A DNA stretch of 64,000 bases from Antedon mediterranea (Eukaryota; Animalia; Echinodermata). The stretch is from positions 16,675,648 through 16,739,647 of the forward strand of contig NC_092673.1 in the NCBI RefSeq assembly GCF_964355755.1. Direction: 5' to 3'. The position numbers were made by a program, and so were the translations under genes. Below the pieces are notes generated by a model. That model did not search any database. It had not been told where the DNA came from and saw nothing but the letters and a program-made list of their open reading frames with translations. Of this stretch, positions 50,770 through 62,507 are shown piece after piece. How positions within the stretch are numbered: the stretch's first letter is position 1; each line of letters starts with the position of its first letter.

Positions 50770-52431
50770 TCTGTGCTGTTTTTTGTTTTTATTTTTGTTT
50801 TTTTTGTTTCTTGCTAACAATCATTAATCAATAATAAAAGAAATTAACATAATCTATAGTACGATCTATTCGATAACAATAAAGTGCATTTGGTAATCTA
50901 GACGGGTATGTATGCTTTTAATATAAATGATGGCGTGTTTTTCTCTAACACGATGTTCTCAATAAAGGAATAATAAATTGATAATAAAGTGTGTATTTTG
51001 TAAACTAAACAGTATACAGAATTAAAAGTGTATTCGAAGTTATACTAAACGTAGAAGACGGCGTGTTTGTTCTCGATAAAGGGATACTGAATTAAACGGC
51101 GTATAGTACTAATATTGTAGTCCTGATAACGAAGAAAATAAGTATTGCGCCCTCTATTGACAGATAATATGACTATTATTATTATATCGTGACAGACAAT
51201 ATACTGTTTTTTTTTTAAACGGGTATAATATTCTTTTATTATAGAAGACGGCGTGATGTTCTGTAACGCGATGTTGTCGATAAAGGGATAATGAATTGAT
51301 AAAGGGATAATGAATTGATAATATTGAGTGAGAAGTATAAGGAAAGATCTAGAAGATTATAAACATATTTTGTATAACAGGATGTATGTTCTCTCTTGTG
51401 TGTGTGTAAACTGAATGCTTAAACATTGATGCACACTGTCATTGAGGTCGAAGTAATCAAAGGCTGTTTTCTAATTGTTGATAATCTATTGAATTCGAAA
51501 GTAATCTATTGAATTCGGAAGTGATTTGTTGAAATCGGGTCATATCTTAATTGCCTTGAAAGAAATATAAAGCAAGTTACATATTTTTGGAAAGCTTAGA
51601 GAGTATAAACGTGTACTGCCCTTGGTGAAGAAAGTCTTGAAGATGAGTTTTTCATAAATTTTTAATGTCCCAATGTATTATGTACATCGAACGAATACCC
51701 ATTGAAAAGTTAAAGAATCAAATGCTTTGACTTCTTACCGAAGTAAAAAAAAAGATTTTAATTGATTTACTCATCATTATACAACATGCGACGAATGCAC
51801 GACATGTTATGCCTCTTCAGTTCTCTCTTTGTTGTAAACTGAATGTTTAAATATTGACGCGCGCTGTCATTGGCGTCGATGTAAAGCTTTTATTTTTCTA
51901 AAACATTATCGACTGAACGCTATGCGTACTATCACATGTTGAATGCTTTAACAATAAATGGGCACTGTCCTTGAGAGGGAGGTCTTGAATATGAGTTTTT
52001 CATAACACAAAGTTTATTCGAGTTTATAGTAACGGACTTTCTATTTAGAAACAAATGAGAGAAGATTTGTTAATTGCGTAATACTTTTATTGATTTTTAC
52101 TTTACCTATATAAAATACAATGTAAACAAAACTAATGCCCATGATTCAGTGACAACAAAGTATTGCACCCTATATCTATAATTTATAAAATCGAATTCAA
52201 TCAATTCACGTTTTATTTCAGAACAAAGTCCATATCATAACACACAACAATATTCAATAAATTAATGTAAGTAAGTAAAAAAAAATATATAAAACAAGTC
52301 GCACAAAAATGCCGTCGGAAAACCGTCGGTTTTAAATTAGGAGTGAAAAAAACATTTTAATGGCTATACTGTTACGTAAAAAGTATACATGAAATTATGT
52401 ATACAGAAGTTCAATCCATTTTCTGTGCAAT

Positions 52432-52463
<32 letters not shown>

Positions 52464-52480
52464 ATTTATTTTAAAAAAAA
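50770..52480. repeat. AT-rich non-coding block homologous to the 57-59.6 kb repeats
   Basis: Shared segments aaagtgtattcgaagttatactaaacg, gcgccctctattgac, ctgtaacgcgatgttgtcgataaagggataatgaattgat. Confidence 0.85.
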
Positions 52481-52488
52481 ACCAAAAA

Positions 52489-54129
52489 TCATCTACATGG
52501 TCGTTTAGCAGATGAAACCTCTTCTTCATCATCGGCCACCACCACCGTATTATATTCGGATCTGGATTTTTCGACGCTTACTATGAGCGGTACGTCGTCG
52601 TTGACTTTCACATACATTCGGCGTATTCCATCATGTAATTTTAATTTAGCGTTGGTGCCGAATGAATTCGACAAATGTTTAATGTCCTCGTCGCTGAACA
52701 CGCAGAATTCTACTGTAGTTGCAATATATTGACTCAGTCTGAGAGCCGACATGAGAAACGACATGATCAGTTTCCGATCGTTTGACATGATGTGCATATG
52801 TTCCACCACCACAACGTTTCGATTCGGGCTTTCGTTGCCAAATTTGATGTCTCCAATCGAAATGTCATGTTCGTGTACTAGATACACCAATCTATCTTCA
52901 ACGCGTTTCAACGAAAACTGTTTACCGCCAAACAATACAGTTGAGTCGTGTAGTTTCGAAGCCGCCTTTTCTAGTTTCGATACACATCGACGTTCCGGTA
53001 CAGGGTTCAAACATTCTTTTAAAGCGTCCGTAAACTCGACTCCCAAGAACGGACTGAATCTATCGATGTATGAATTGTATTTCTTGCTGCTGGAACAATG
53101 CGACAGTGAAAATGCGTCGGTCAGTGATCTATCCGGATTCACGTGCGTGTACCAAAACTGGAGATCACGTTCGTTCATCGGACCACGTAGTTCTACCGAA
53201 TGTCTACACACCTTAATCAAATTGTTGTACGCAAATTTGTCCTTTTTTAAATCACAATAGTCGCTTTGCGTCTCAAACTTATTCCGATTGTTGTCATCAT
53301 AAAACATTAAAGCCACACTCATCGAGGCGCTGTAAACGTCCGAATTTCGACGCAACATCTTCACTCGTCTGTCTGACATCACATGACTTATGTCCCTGAA
53401 AGGTATCCTTGTCAGTTTCTCCTCACTCCTGACGCACGAATAGTTTGGTTCGGTGTCGGAAAAGCGTAGTCGACTTCCCGGTGGCAAGTACTTTGACGCC
53501 ATGGAACCGGTTCGAACGATACCCAAACACCGATGGCCATGTCTCTCTTTCACAGAAACGCCAAACGTGCTTGCACCGTGCTTTGTAAACTCGGCAGAAC
53601 CAAAGTCTATTATACGAAATCGATTATCTAATCGACTATACGCCACGTTCTCGATTGTTATGTCGTTGTGAACCACACCTGCGTTTTCGAGAAACGTCAA
53701 CGCTTTGCAAACATGTAACGAAAGCGTTTTCACGCAAGGCAGAAGCTTGTAACAATAGCGTAGCCTGTACAGATTACATCCTTCGTTTCTCATTGTGATT
53801 GATATTGCGATGTTACGCCGATAAGAAACTTCGAGCAGACGAGGCGTACACATTCGAGCCGCGTCCGTTTGTTTTAAGTGTGCAAGAACCAAAACTTCCT
53901 TGTTTCCCGACAAGTTCACGTCTTCATGCTCGAGCGTAGACGTGTGGCTGGCCGTGAAATCATACAATGTCTTTATCACAACGTGCACGTTTTCTTTAGC
54001 TGTCTTCACTTTGCCATGTTTCCCACTTTCTTGAATTCGAATAGCGCCGTACTTGCCGTTTACAGCCGGTAAACTTTCATACTTTCTCGTTGTTATTTGC
54101 GTCTTGTACAGGGGTAGAAATTCAGCCAT
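52489..54129 (-). CDS. Ser/Thr protein kinase, paralog 2
   Basis: SGKHGKV, VVIK, KE, HNDITIENV, IDFGSA, SDVYSA; shares RDISHVM.DR.VK and LNP.PE.R with paralog 1. Confidence 0.85.
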   Translation of the reverse strand: MAEFLPLYKTQITTRKYESLPAVNGKYGAIRIQESGKHGKVKTAKENVHVVIKTLYDFTASHTSTLEHEDVNLSGNKEVLVLAHLKQTDAARMCTPRLLEVSYRRNIAISITMRNEGCNLYRLRYCYKLLPCVKTLSLHVCKALTFLENAGVVHNDITIENVAYSRLDNRFRIIDFGSAEFTKHGASTFGVSVKERHGHRCLGIVRTGSMASKYLPPGSRLRFSDTEPNYSCVRSEEKLTRIPFRDISHVMSDRRVKMLRRNSDVYSASMSVALMFYDDNNRNKFETQSDYCDLKKDKFAYNNLIKVCRHSVELRGPMNERDLQFWYTHVNPDRSLTDAFSLSHCSSSKKYNSYIDRFSPFLGVEFTDALKECLNPVPERRCVSKLEKAASKLHDSTVLFGGKQFSLKRVEDRLVYLVHEHDISIGDIKFGNESPNRNVVVVEHMHIMSNDRKLIMSFLMSALRLSQYIATTVEFCVFSDEDIKHLSNSFGTNAKLKLHDGIRRMYVKVNDDVPLIVSVEKSRSEYNTVVVADDEEEVSSAKRPCR

Positions 54130-54141
54130 AGCAGCAGCACA

Positions 54142-56622
54142 ATGTCGGCGATTTACAGATGGCAAGACACAAATTCAAAGAAATTGTACGCGGCACTGAT
54201 CGTTGAACGTAAATGGATAATACTGGAACGTTTCTCCCCTAGTGATGAATGGAGTCCACCGTTGCCTACACTCGACGTTACACCGGACACATTGGAAATC
54301 GAAATGATAACAAAGCCAAGCTGGAACGGTGTTGTGTTCGGAGACTATAATCCGCATCCGTTGCGTGAGCGAGGAGTCGCAATGAGACCGACGCTAAATT
54401 TAGCTTCGAATCTGTCGATGGCGCAGATATCCGAATGGCCAACGCATGTCGGTAAGTTCACCGATACCGATATGACGTACGAGAAGAGAACCGATGTTCT
54501 TGTGATTAACGGCTGTAGGGTAAACAGATCATATCCGACAATTTCGAGAATCATCAATCATCATCTTCACCACCACCGTCCCAATGTGAAAACTAAAAAC
54601 AAACGTCGACTCATCACGCATATTACACCACCACCACCATCACCACCACCACCACCACCACCATCATCATCAGAAGAAGAAGACTTTATGCACACGCCTC
54701 GAATGTTGAAGCTGTTCACGTCGATGACAAGCGATCCGAACGTAGCTCTATTGGCACTCTCATTTGAGCTGTTCACCGCGTCTACCAAAAATGTGCACGC
54801 GCTACGACGGCTGCTCTCGAACATATGCGAGAGAACATCGGCATCAGATCACATACTGACGCAATCGAAACAGTTTTGGTTTCATATGCGATCGCATGGA
54901 ATCAATCAACACAACTGGCATTCAAAATCTCCATCGAATGTCGTTGCAAAGGCGAGAGAGTATCATCGTCCGCCAGTACAAGACGAATTGATTCTGGCCA
55001 GCGTTCTGTTGTGGGAAACGGCCACGTTTGCGCGTGGTAGACGTACCCCGTTCACTTTTGAAGCAGTAAAGATGCAGTGTTATTTGAACGAAGCGCGTGC
55101 TGCTGCTGCTGCTGCTGCTGTTGAAGAAGAAGAAATCCTACGCAGAGCGTTGAATGAAGTCGCCAAGAAAAGAGAACGCACGACGTTCGCGTTAGAAGCT
55201 GAGAAGATGGGTCTAGAGAACTACGCAGTTATGAACGGTGTCTACATCGATCTTGAAACAGTTTTGTTCAATCTTCCAAAATTACGCGCTACTCTCTACA
55301 AAGAAATCGGAAAAAGATTGTTACTGTTTGAGGATTTTGAAACGACGATTCAATGTCTGTGCCTGGACGTGCTTCGACAAGCTTCTTCCTTCTTGAGCAG
55401 TTTCGAACTCATCAAATCCATCGCTCCTTTGTATCCGAAAAAACGCAGACGAATCACACAGAAACGCATCGAAGGAATCGACAGGTTTCTTACGAATTTT
55501 GAGCGACGCGTTGACGGCAAACGAAGAAAACGTTTTGTCAAGTACCTGCAAACTTGGATTCCGAAATTTCCTGTTCCGGAACACGACGGTTACGCTTCCT
55601 TACAACAAAGATGCGATCAAAACGAGGCGCTTCGACTGTTTGCAATTGCCTATCCGGCCATAACATTCTCGTTCGCCGTTCCCGAAGTAAAAAACGACGC
55701 CCAGCTTATGTTTGCTCTCGCCAACTGCACATCACACCTGGGTAGACTGATGTGGTTTGACTTTGATCCGGTGACGGTACGCATCAGATCATCCGTGATC
55801 GGTCTCACGCCCCTACAAGAACAACGCCTCGAAATGGCTTCTCTTCAACCAGCGTATGACGCGTACGAAGAGTCTATCCGCGTCACTCAGCACATTAGAC
55901 ACAGTATACCTTTCATGCACGCATCGATATTCGAAGGCGTTCAAGCCAACGTGGTTTGCCGACAGAACGAACGCTACGTAACTCGTCTCTCGGCATATCC
56001 TCTTATCTTGGCCTCGTATGACGTTATAGACGCGAATGAAGGTAATCGGCAACCTCCACAACCCAAACACGGAGAATGTACATCCTATTACCAGAACGTT
56101 GTCACTGTCGACAATGCTGGAGTGGTTAAATGGAATCATACATCGCCATGTTTTGCGCGATTCATTCAATGTGCAAACGTTTTGCTTTTATGTCATAAGA
56201 AATCAGACTTTGTTCGTGGCCCTATTCATTCCCCTGAAGATAGCGTTCACGTACTTTGTCAACTTGCACTCGATCACAAGGACGACGATAACGATGACGG
56301 AGAACTTGCGTCACCGAGATCGTTTCCTTGTCATCTACCTCGACCGTTTGATGACAATATAGTATTGATAAACGATGACAGTGGTGGTGATGGCGAGGAG
56401 AAAATACGGTTCTGTATCGTCAGCCCGGACGATATGAGGCCTTTTTTCCCAAAAGATTTCATCGAAAGTATCATTGCCGATCCCCATCGGACGCCCGTTA
56501 TACAGAAAAAGATGGTGTTTTACTTGAGGGCCGATCTTACCAATGAATACACAGAAAATCACTTTCTCTCCGACAAGGACAGAAGTGTTCTTGTAGCCGG
56601 TTCAATCATAAGACGTCGGTGA
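54142..56622 (+). CDS. Large hypothetical viral protein
   Basis: 826-aa ORF, divergent from kinase 2. Confidence 0.7.
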   Translation: MSAIYRWQDTNSKKLYAALIVERKWIILERFSPSDEWSPPLPTLDVTPDTLEIEMITKPSWNGVVFGDYNPHPLRERGVAMRPTLNLASNLSMAQISEWPTHVGKFTDTDMTYEKRTDVLVINGCRVNRSYPTISRIINHHLHHHRPNVKTKNKRRLITHITPPPPSPPPPPPPSSSEEEDFMHTPRMLKLFTSMTSDPNVALLALSFELFTASTKNVHALRRLLSNICERTSASDHILTQSKQFWFHMRSHGINQHNWHSKSPSNVVAKAREYHRPPVQDELILASVLLWETATFARGRRTPFTFEAVKMQCYLNEARAAAAAAAVEEEEILRRALNEVAKKRERTTFALEAEKMGLENYAVMNGVYIDLETVLFNLPKLRATLYKEIGKRLLLFEDFETTIQCLCLDVLRQASSFLSSFELIKSIAPLYPKKRRRITQKRIEGIDRFLTNFERRVDGKRRKRFVKYLQTWIPKFPVPEHDGYASLQQRCDQNEALRLFAIAYPAITFSFAVPEVKNDAQLMFALANCTSHLGRLMWFDFDPVTVRIRSSVIGLTPLQEQRLEMASLQPAYDAYEESIRVTQHIRHSIPFMHASIFEGVQANVVCRQNERYVTRLSAYPLILASYDVIDANEGNRQPPQPKHGECTSYYQNVVTVDNAGVVKWNHTSPCFARFIQCANVLLLCHKKSDFVRGPIHSPEDSVHVLCQLALDHKDDDNDDGELASPRSFPCHLPRPFDDNIVLINDDSGGDGEEKIRFCIVSPDDMRPFFPKDFIESIIADPHRTPVIQKKMVFYLRADLTNEYTENHFLSDKDRSVLVAGSIIRRR

Positions 56623-56944
56623 ATGAACACACACGCACACAATTCAAAACTCGGTGTTCAATTTAGTTATTATTAAGCATTGGCAATTTGGAACAGGACA
56701 GTGTAGAAATTGAAACATCATCATCCATTTAAGTTTAGTACTTTTTTTACGTATGGTGTTTGTTAGCACGCGATTAATAGCGCCTAAAATTTTCGGTGAA
56801 GATATATACTTATTGTCAAACCTGCTAATGATAAAATAATTTTCATAAAGCCCGGCGAGCAGTCTTGTCCAAAAAAAAAAAAGAGAGCAAAAGGGTTTAA
56901 TTTGTGATTGTGAGATTAATATTAAAATAATAATTAAAAAAAAT

Positions 56945-57888
56945 TTAATTTCAACACAAGGCTCCTTTTGTGGTGACACGAGCCATATTTTCTTTTATTA
57001 TCCCTAACACAATGTTCTCGAAAAAAAAAATTGACCATAACGTGTCACTTTGTAAACTAAACGGTATACATTCTTTTAGTTATAGTTGTTCACTAACACG
57101 ATTTATTCGATAATGAACCTTAATTAAAAAAAAACAAACAAAAGTGTATTCGAAGTTATACTAAACGGTATATTAATAGAAGACAAAGTATTTGTTATCG
57201 ATGAAGGGATAATGAAATTGATATTATTATAATTTAAACGGCGTGTTTAGTATTTTGTAGTCCTGATAACGAATACAATAAGTAGTTCGCCCTCTATTGA
57301 CAAATAATATACCTGCGTTATACGCCGCGTGACAGACAATAATTATACTAGGCCTACTGTGTTTCTTAATGGGTATATTTTAGTTTTATTATAGAAGTTC
57401 TGTAACGCGATGTTGTCGATAAAGGGATAATGAATTGATAAAGGGATAATGAATTGATGATTGAGTGAGAAGTATAAGGAATGATCTAGAAGGTTAAGAA
57501 CATAATATTTTGTATAAGGGGATGTATGTTCTGTCTTGTGTGTAAACTGAATGCTTAAACATTGACGCACACTGCCATTGAGGTCGAAGTAATCTTTGCA
57601 TACGGATGCGTGTTACTGCTCTATCAAGATCAGGACTGCATTATTCACACACATAAAACACTGAGAGTAATAAAGAGAATCTATGCTTGATTGTTTTACA
57701 CTCGAAAAATGTATTAGTATTTTGTAATAAAATAAAGGTAATTCAAATTGTCACATGATGCATTAATAAATTAATTAATGTTCATAAACGTCCAAATACT
57801 AGTTTTCTAGCATTTGTATTAAAATAATGCCTGCTATCTGTCTATATAGCAGATATATTTTCATGTTTCGTTCTGCTCTGCATACGGG

Positions 57889-57935
<47 letters not shown>

Positions 57936-59770
57936 TTCTACTGACTGACTGACTGACGTTCACGATCTAACGTTACCGCTCCAAGAATTCAATACTACAA
58001 TACATTGTTTCTTGTAATATTGATATTGCTATACCTTTCAATGTTCATAAATGTCAATATGCTGGTGTCTCCTATTCCATCTATCTTTGGTACAGTTCTT
58101 GAGGATGAGGATACTAAAGACTGGATGGGGATAGACAAAGGTTCTGACGGCGAGGATAGTTATTGAAAACGAAGAAGAATGTGTAAGAATTTGTATAGGC
58201 CTAATCATGATCTAGAGTAGAAGTGAGTTATGTTAACAGATTGTGTGTGCTCAAAATAATCCATTAATCAAAATAATTATGCATTTTTAATTGTTGATTT
58301 TATATATGAAGATGATAATAAAATTGAAAGAAATTAAAGTGTATTCTTTATTCGTATTCATTGTTTAAGTGTGTAAAATTTCATGTAGATCCAGTAATAA
58401 TAACTAATGGTATCCAATGCGAATGTGTTGTGGTTATTGAATAGAACCAATGTAATGGTCCACTGAACTTCAAAGGCTGCTTTCTAATTGTTGATAATCT
58501 ATTGAATTCGGAAGTAATCTATTGAATTCGGAGGTGATTTGTTGAAATCGGGTCATATTTAATTGCCTTGAAAGAAATATAAAGCAAGTTACATATTTTT
58601 TTGGAAAGTTTAAAGAATGGAGATTAATATAATAATAATAATAATAAAATTTTAATTTCAACACAAGGCTCCTTTTGTGGTGACACTAGCCATATTTTCT
58701 TTTATTATCCCTAACACGATGTTCTCTAAAAAAAAAAATTGACCATAACATGTCACTTTGTAAACTAAACGGTATACATTCTTTTAGTTATAGTTGTTCA
58801 CTAACACGATTTATTCGATAATGAACCCTAATTAAAAAAAACAAACAAAAGTGTATTCGAAGTTATACTAAACGGTATATTAATAGAAGACAAAGTATTT
58901 GTTATCGATGAAGGGATAATGAAATTGATATTATTATAATTTAAACGGCGTGTTTAGTATTTTGTAGTCCTGATAACGAATACAATAAGTAGTTCGCCCT
59001 CTATTGACAAATAATATACCTGCGTTATATGCCGCGTGACAGACAATAATTATAGGCCTATTGTGTTTCTAAATGGGTATATTTTAGTTTTATTATAGAA
59101 GCTCTGTAACGCGATGTTGTCGATAAAGGGATAATGAATTGATAAAAGGATAATGAATTGATGATTGAGTGAGAAGTATAAGGAATGATCTAGAAGGTTA
59201 TGAACATAATATTGTATAAGGCGATGTATGTTCTCTCTTGTGTGTAAACTGAATGCTTAAACATTGACGCACACTGTCATTGAGGTCGAAGTAATCATTG
59301 GATACGGATGCGTGTTACTGCTATATCAGGATCAGGACTGCATTATTCAAACACATAAAACACTGAGAGTAATAAAGAGAATCTATGCTTGATTGTTTTA
59401 CACTCGAAAAATTTATTAGTATTTTGTAATAAAATAAAGGTAATTCAAATTGTTACATGATGCATTAATAAATTAATTAATGTTCATAAACGTCCAAATA
59501 CTAGTTTTCTAGAATTTGTATTAAAATAATGTCTGCTATCTGTCTATGTAGCAGATATATGTTCATGTTTCGTTCTGTTCTGCATACGGGATGTGTGTGT
59601 GTGTGTCTTCTACTGACTGGCTGACGTTCACGATTTAACGTTACCGCTCCAAGAATTCAATACTACAATACATTGTTTGTTGTAATATTGATATTGCTAT
59701 ACCTTTCAATGTTCATAAATGTCAATATGCTGGTGCTTCCTATTCCATCTATCTTTGGTACAGTTCTTGA
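56945..59770. repeat. Two direct ~1.15-kb repeats (about 56945-58102 and 58652-59770) separated by a homologous-region block
   Basis: Both start tttaatttcaacacaaggctccttttgtggtgacac and end ctatctttggtacagttcttga; differ in (GT)n length. Confidence 0.92.
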
Positions 59771-60376
59771 CCATTCATTGATTGTTTCAGAATTTATTAC
59801 CAGCATCGAACCGTGCTCCATTTTTATGTTCACAGGTTTAATGTTTTTGTTGGTGCGGTGTTCGAATCTACAGATTCTAGTAGGTCCCAGAGACATAATG
59901 CATACAGGACTTATTTTGCTCCTTTGTACATCATTAAGATAGCATTCCGCTGAATCCTCTGCTCTTGTCAAAGTTACCATATTGTAAAAATGACCAGTCG
60001 CAATGTGTATCCATTCACGCATTTCGAGTAGAAACTTTGGCCAGTAACACAGAGGACTTCTCGCTGTGTCGTCGATGTTTGTGTGAACTCCTATTTGGAA
60101 TGACAACTCCAAATCACCGTACGCTGCACATCTAATGTGATCTACTTCAGTGATCACATCGCGTAACTTATATAGAGAATCGAATAAATGTGTTTTCCTA
60201 CATTGTTTTAATATAGTGTCTGCTATCAGTCTATGTAGCAGATGTACACGAACGCATTTCATGTTATCTTCCGGTCTGCATACGGTGTGTGAATGAAAGC
60301 CGAAATAAAACTCATCTTCTGACTGGCTGACGTTCATGATTACTTTATTGCTACAAGAATTCACTACAACTTCCAA
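59663..60376 (-). CDS. AlkB (ALKBH2/3-like) 2OG-Fe(II) dioxygenase homolog lacking catalytic residues
   Basis: YNMVTL...SPVCIMSLGPTR..RFEHR...MEHGSMLVI.....EW..TVPK...ILTF; HxD, distal H and RxxxxxR are not present; first ATG at 60337. Confidence 0.75.
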   Translation of the reverse strand: MEVVVNSCSNKVIMNVSQSEDEFYFGFHSHTVCRPEDNMKCVRVHLLHRLIADTILKQCRKTHLFDSLYKLRDVITEVDHIRCAAYGDLELSFQIGVHTNIDDTARSPLCYWPKFLLEMREWIHIATGHFYNMVTLTRAEDSAECYLNDVQRSKISPVCIMSLGPTRICRFEHRTNKNIKPVNIKMEHGSMLVINSETINEWSRTVPKIDGIGSTSILTFMNIERYSNINITTNNVL

Positions 60377-60427
60377 TTAAAGTTTGAAACTAAAACTCCA
60401 TACTGGTCGATTTTTATACTTTGCGAT

Positions 60428-60862
60428 GAAGGTTAACTACACGCGTTGTCAACAAACAACGAAACCGATGAATGATTGTCGATTATACTGATGTGTATGT
60501 GTGGTGCGCGCTTTAAAATTCGTATTGAATATATCGTGCCTTCTCTTCCTCCTACCCGGCTTAATTTGCGTATGGTTTTCGAATGATGATCATGAAACAC
60601 ACAAACGGGTGTAATTCCATCGTTAGTTACTTTAGTGTTACAATAAAACCGTCTCTCGGCAATATGATGGAAATAAGCGTCACTGTCGGTAAATGTATAC
60701 ACCGGTCCCAAAGAGTCAGGGTCAATTACTTTTTTTTAAGAAATATGTTTAATGTGTATTATTATTATTATAGTTTAATATAAGCGTATTTTATAAATTT
60801 AATCTCCATTGATTCTATCATCATATTTTAAAATCAAAATGCTATGTTTTAAATTCTATTTG

Positions 60863-60902
<40 letters not shown>

Positions 60903-61381
60903 TCCCTCTCCTTCTCTCCTTATTAATTTAGATTCGACTATGTAGAAACGGAATTTAATTTCCAAATTAAAACACTGCATTGTAACAATATTATAATCGG
61001 TCTGCTTTTCTTTTATCGATGATGACAATAGAAATAAGGGTAGGGCGTGTGTATGTATCACCGCCGGTCAGTGTACACACCAGGTCACAAAGCTTTAAAG
61101 AAATATTTTTAATTGTTATCCCGAATATGTGTGTTAGAGTAATTCGTTTTGGTATATAATCATTTTGGTATACTAACAATTTGAACAAGCTGCCTCTACG
61201 CGCCTAGTCGTAAATCCAATCCTAGATTCTATATTTACCGATATTGCGCCCCCTATATAGTTTTTGATAAATTACTAATAATGTTATGGTATCGATAGAT
61301 TGTAAGCCAGCTGAATGGTTAGTTCTTGAGTCTCGTAATGTAACGCTGTAGCATTAGGCTAGGGTTCGAGAATTGATTTGA

Positions 61382-61412
<31 letters not shown>

Positions 61413-62452
61413 TTAATATTTGTTTTACTCACCATCTTCTTTATTGACCATAGTTAAGGTTAACTACACGCGATTTGTCAACAAACAACGAAACCGATGA
61501 ATGATTGTCGATTACACTGATGTGTATGTGTGGTGCGCGCTTTTAAATTCGTATTGAATATATCGTGCCTCCTCTTCCTCCTACCCGGCTTAATTTGCGT
61601 ATGGTTTTCGAATGATGATCATGAAATACACAAACGGGTGTAATTCCATCGTTAGTTACTTTAGTGTTTCAATAAAACCGTCTCTGCAATATCATGGAAA
61701 TAAGCGTCACTGTCGGTAAATGTATACACCGGTCCCAAAGAGTCAGGGTCAATTAATTTTTTAAAGAAATATGTTTAATGTGTATTATTATTATTATTAT
61801 AGTTTAATATATTAAGCGTATTTTATAAATTTCATCTCCATCGATTCTACCATCACATTTTAAAATCAAAATGCTATGTTTTAAATTCTATCTAGGTTTC
61901 TCTCTCTCTCTCTCTCTCTCTCTCCTTCTCTCCTTATTAATTTGGATTCGACTATGTAGAAACGGAATCTTCTCTCCCTCTCCTTCTCTCCTTATTAATT
62001 TGGATTCGACTATGTAGAAACGGAATTTAATTTCCAAATTAAAACACTGCATTGTAACAATATTATAATCGGTCTGCTTTTCTTTCATCGATGATGACAA
62101 TAGAAATAAGGGTAGGGCGTGTGTATGTATCACCGCCGGTCAGTGTACACACCAGGTCACAAAGCTTTAAAGAAATATTTTTAATTGTTATCCCGAATAT
62201 GTGTGTTAGAGTAATTCGTTTTGATATATAATCATTTTGGTATACTAACAATTTGAACAAGCTGCCTCTACGCGCCTAGTCGTAAATCCAATCCTAGATT
62301 CTATATTTACCGATATTGCGCCCCCTATATAGTTTTTGATAAATTACTAATAATGTTATGGTATCGATAGATTGTAAGCCAGCTGAATGGTTAGTTCTTG
62401 AGTCTCGTAATGTAACGCTGTAGCATTAGGCTAGGGTTCGAGAATTGATTTG

Positions 62453-62507
<55 letters not shown>

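Noticed and set aside
27-56562. Numerous short antisense or nested ORFs in the six-frame track
   Set aside because: They shadow longer motif-bearing ORFs and mostly translate microsatellites; no independent support
56644-58664. Short ORFs in the AT-rich repeat region
   Set aside because: Low-complexity translations not preserved between repeat copies
1-60376. Bacteriophage or prophage
   Set aside because: AATAAA signals, a GT-AG intron, IAP, caspase, Ig and RING genes and the lack of operon structure indicate a eukaryotic virus
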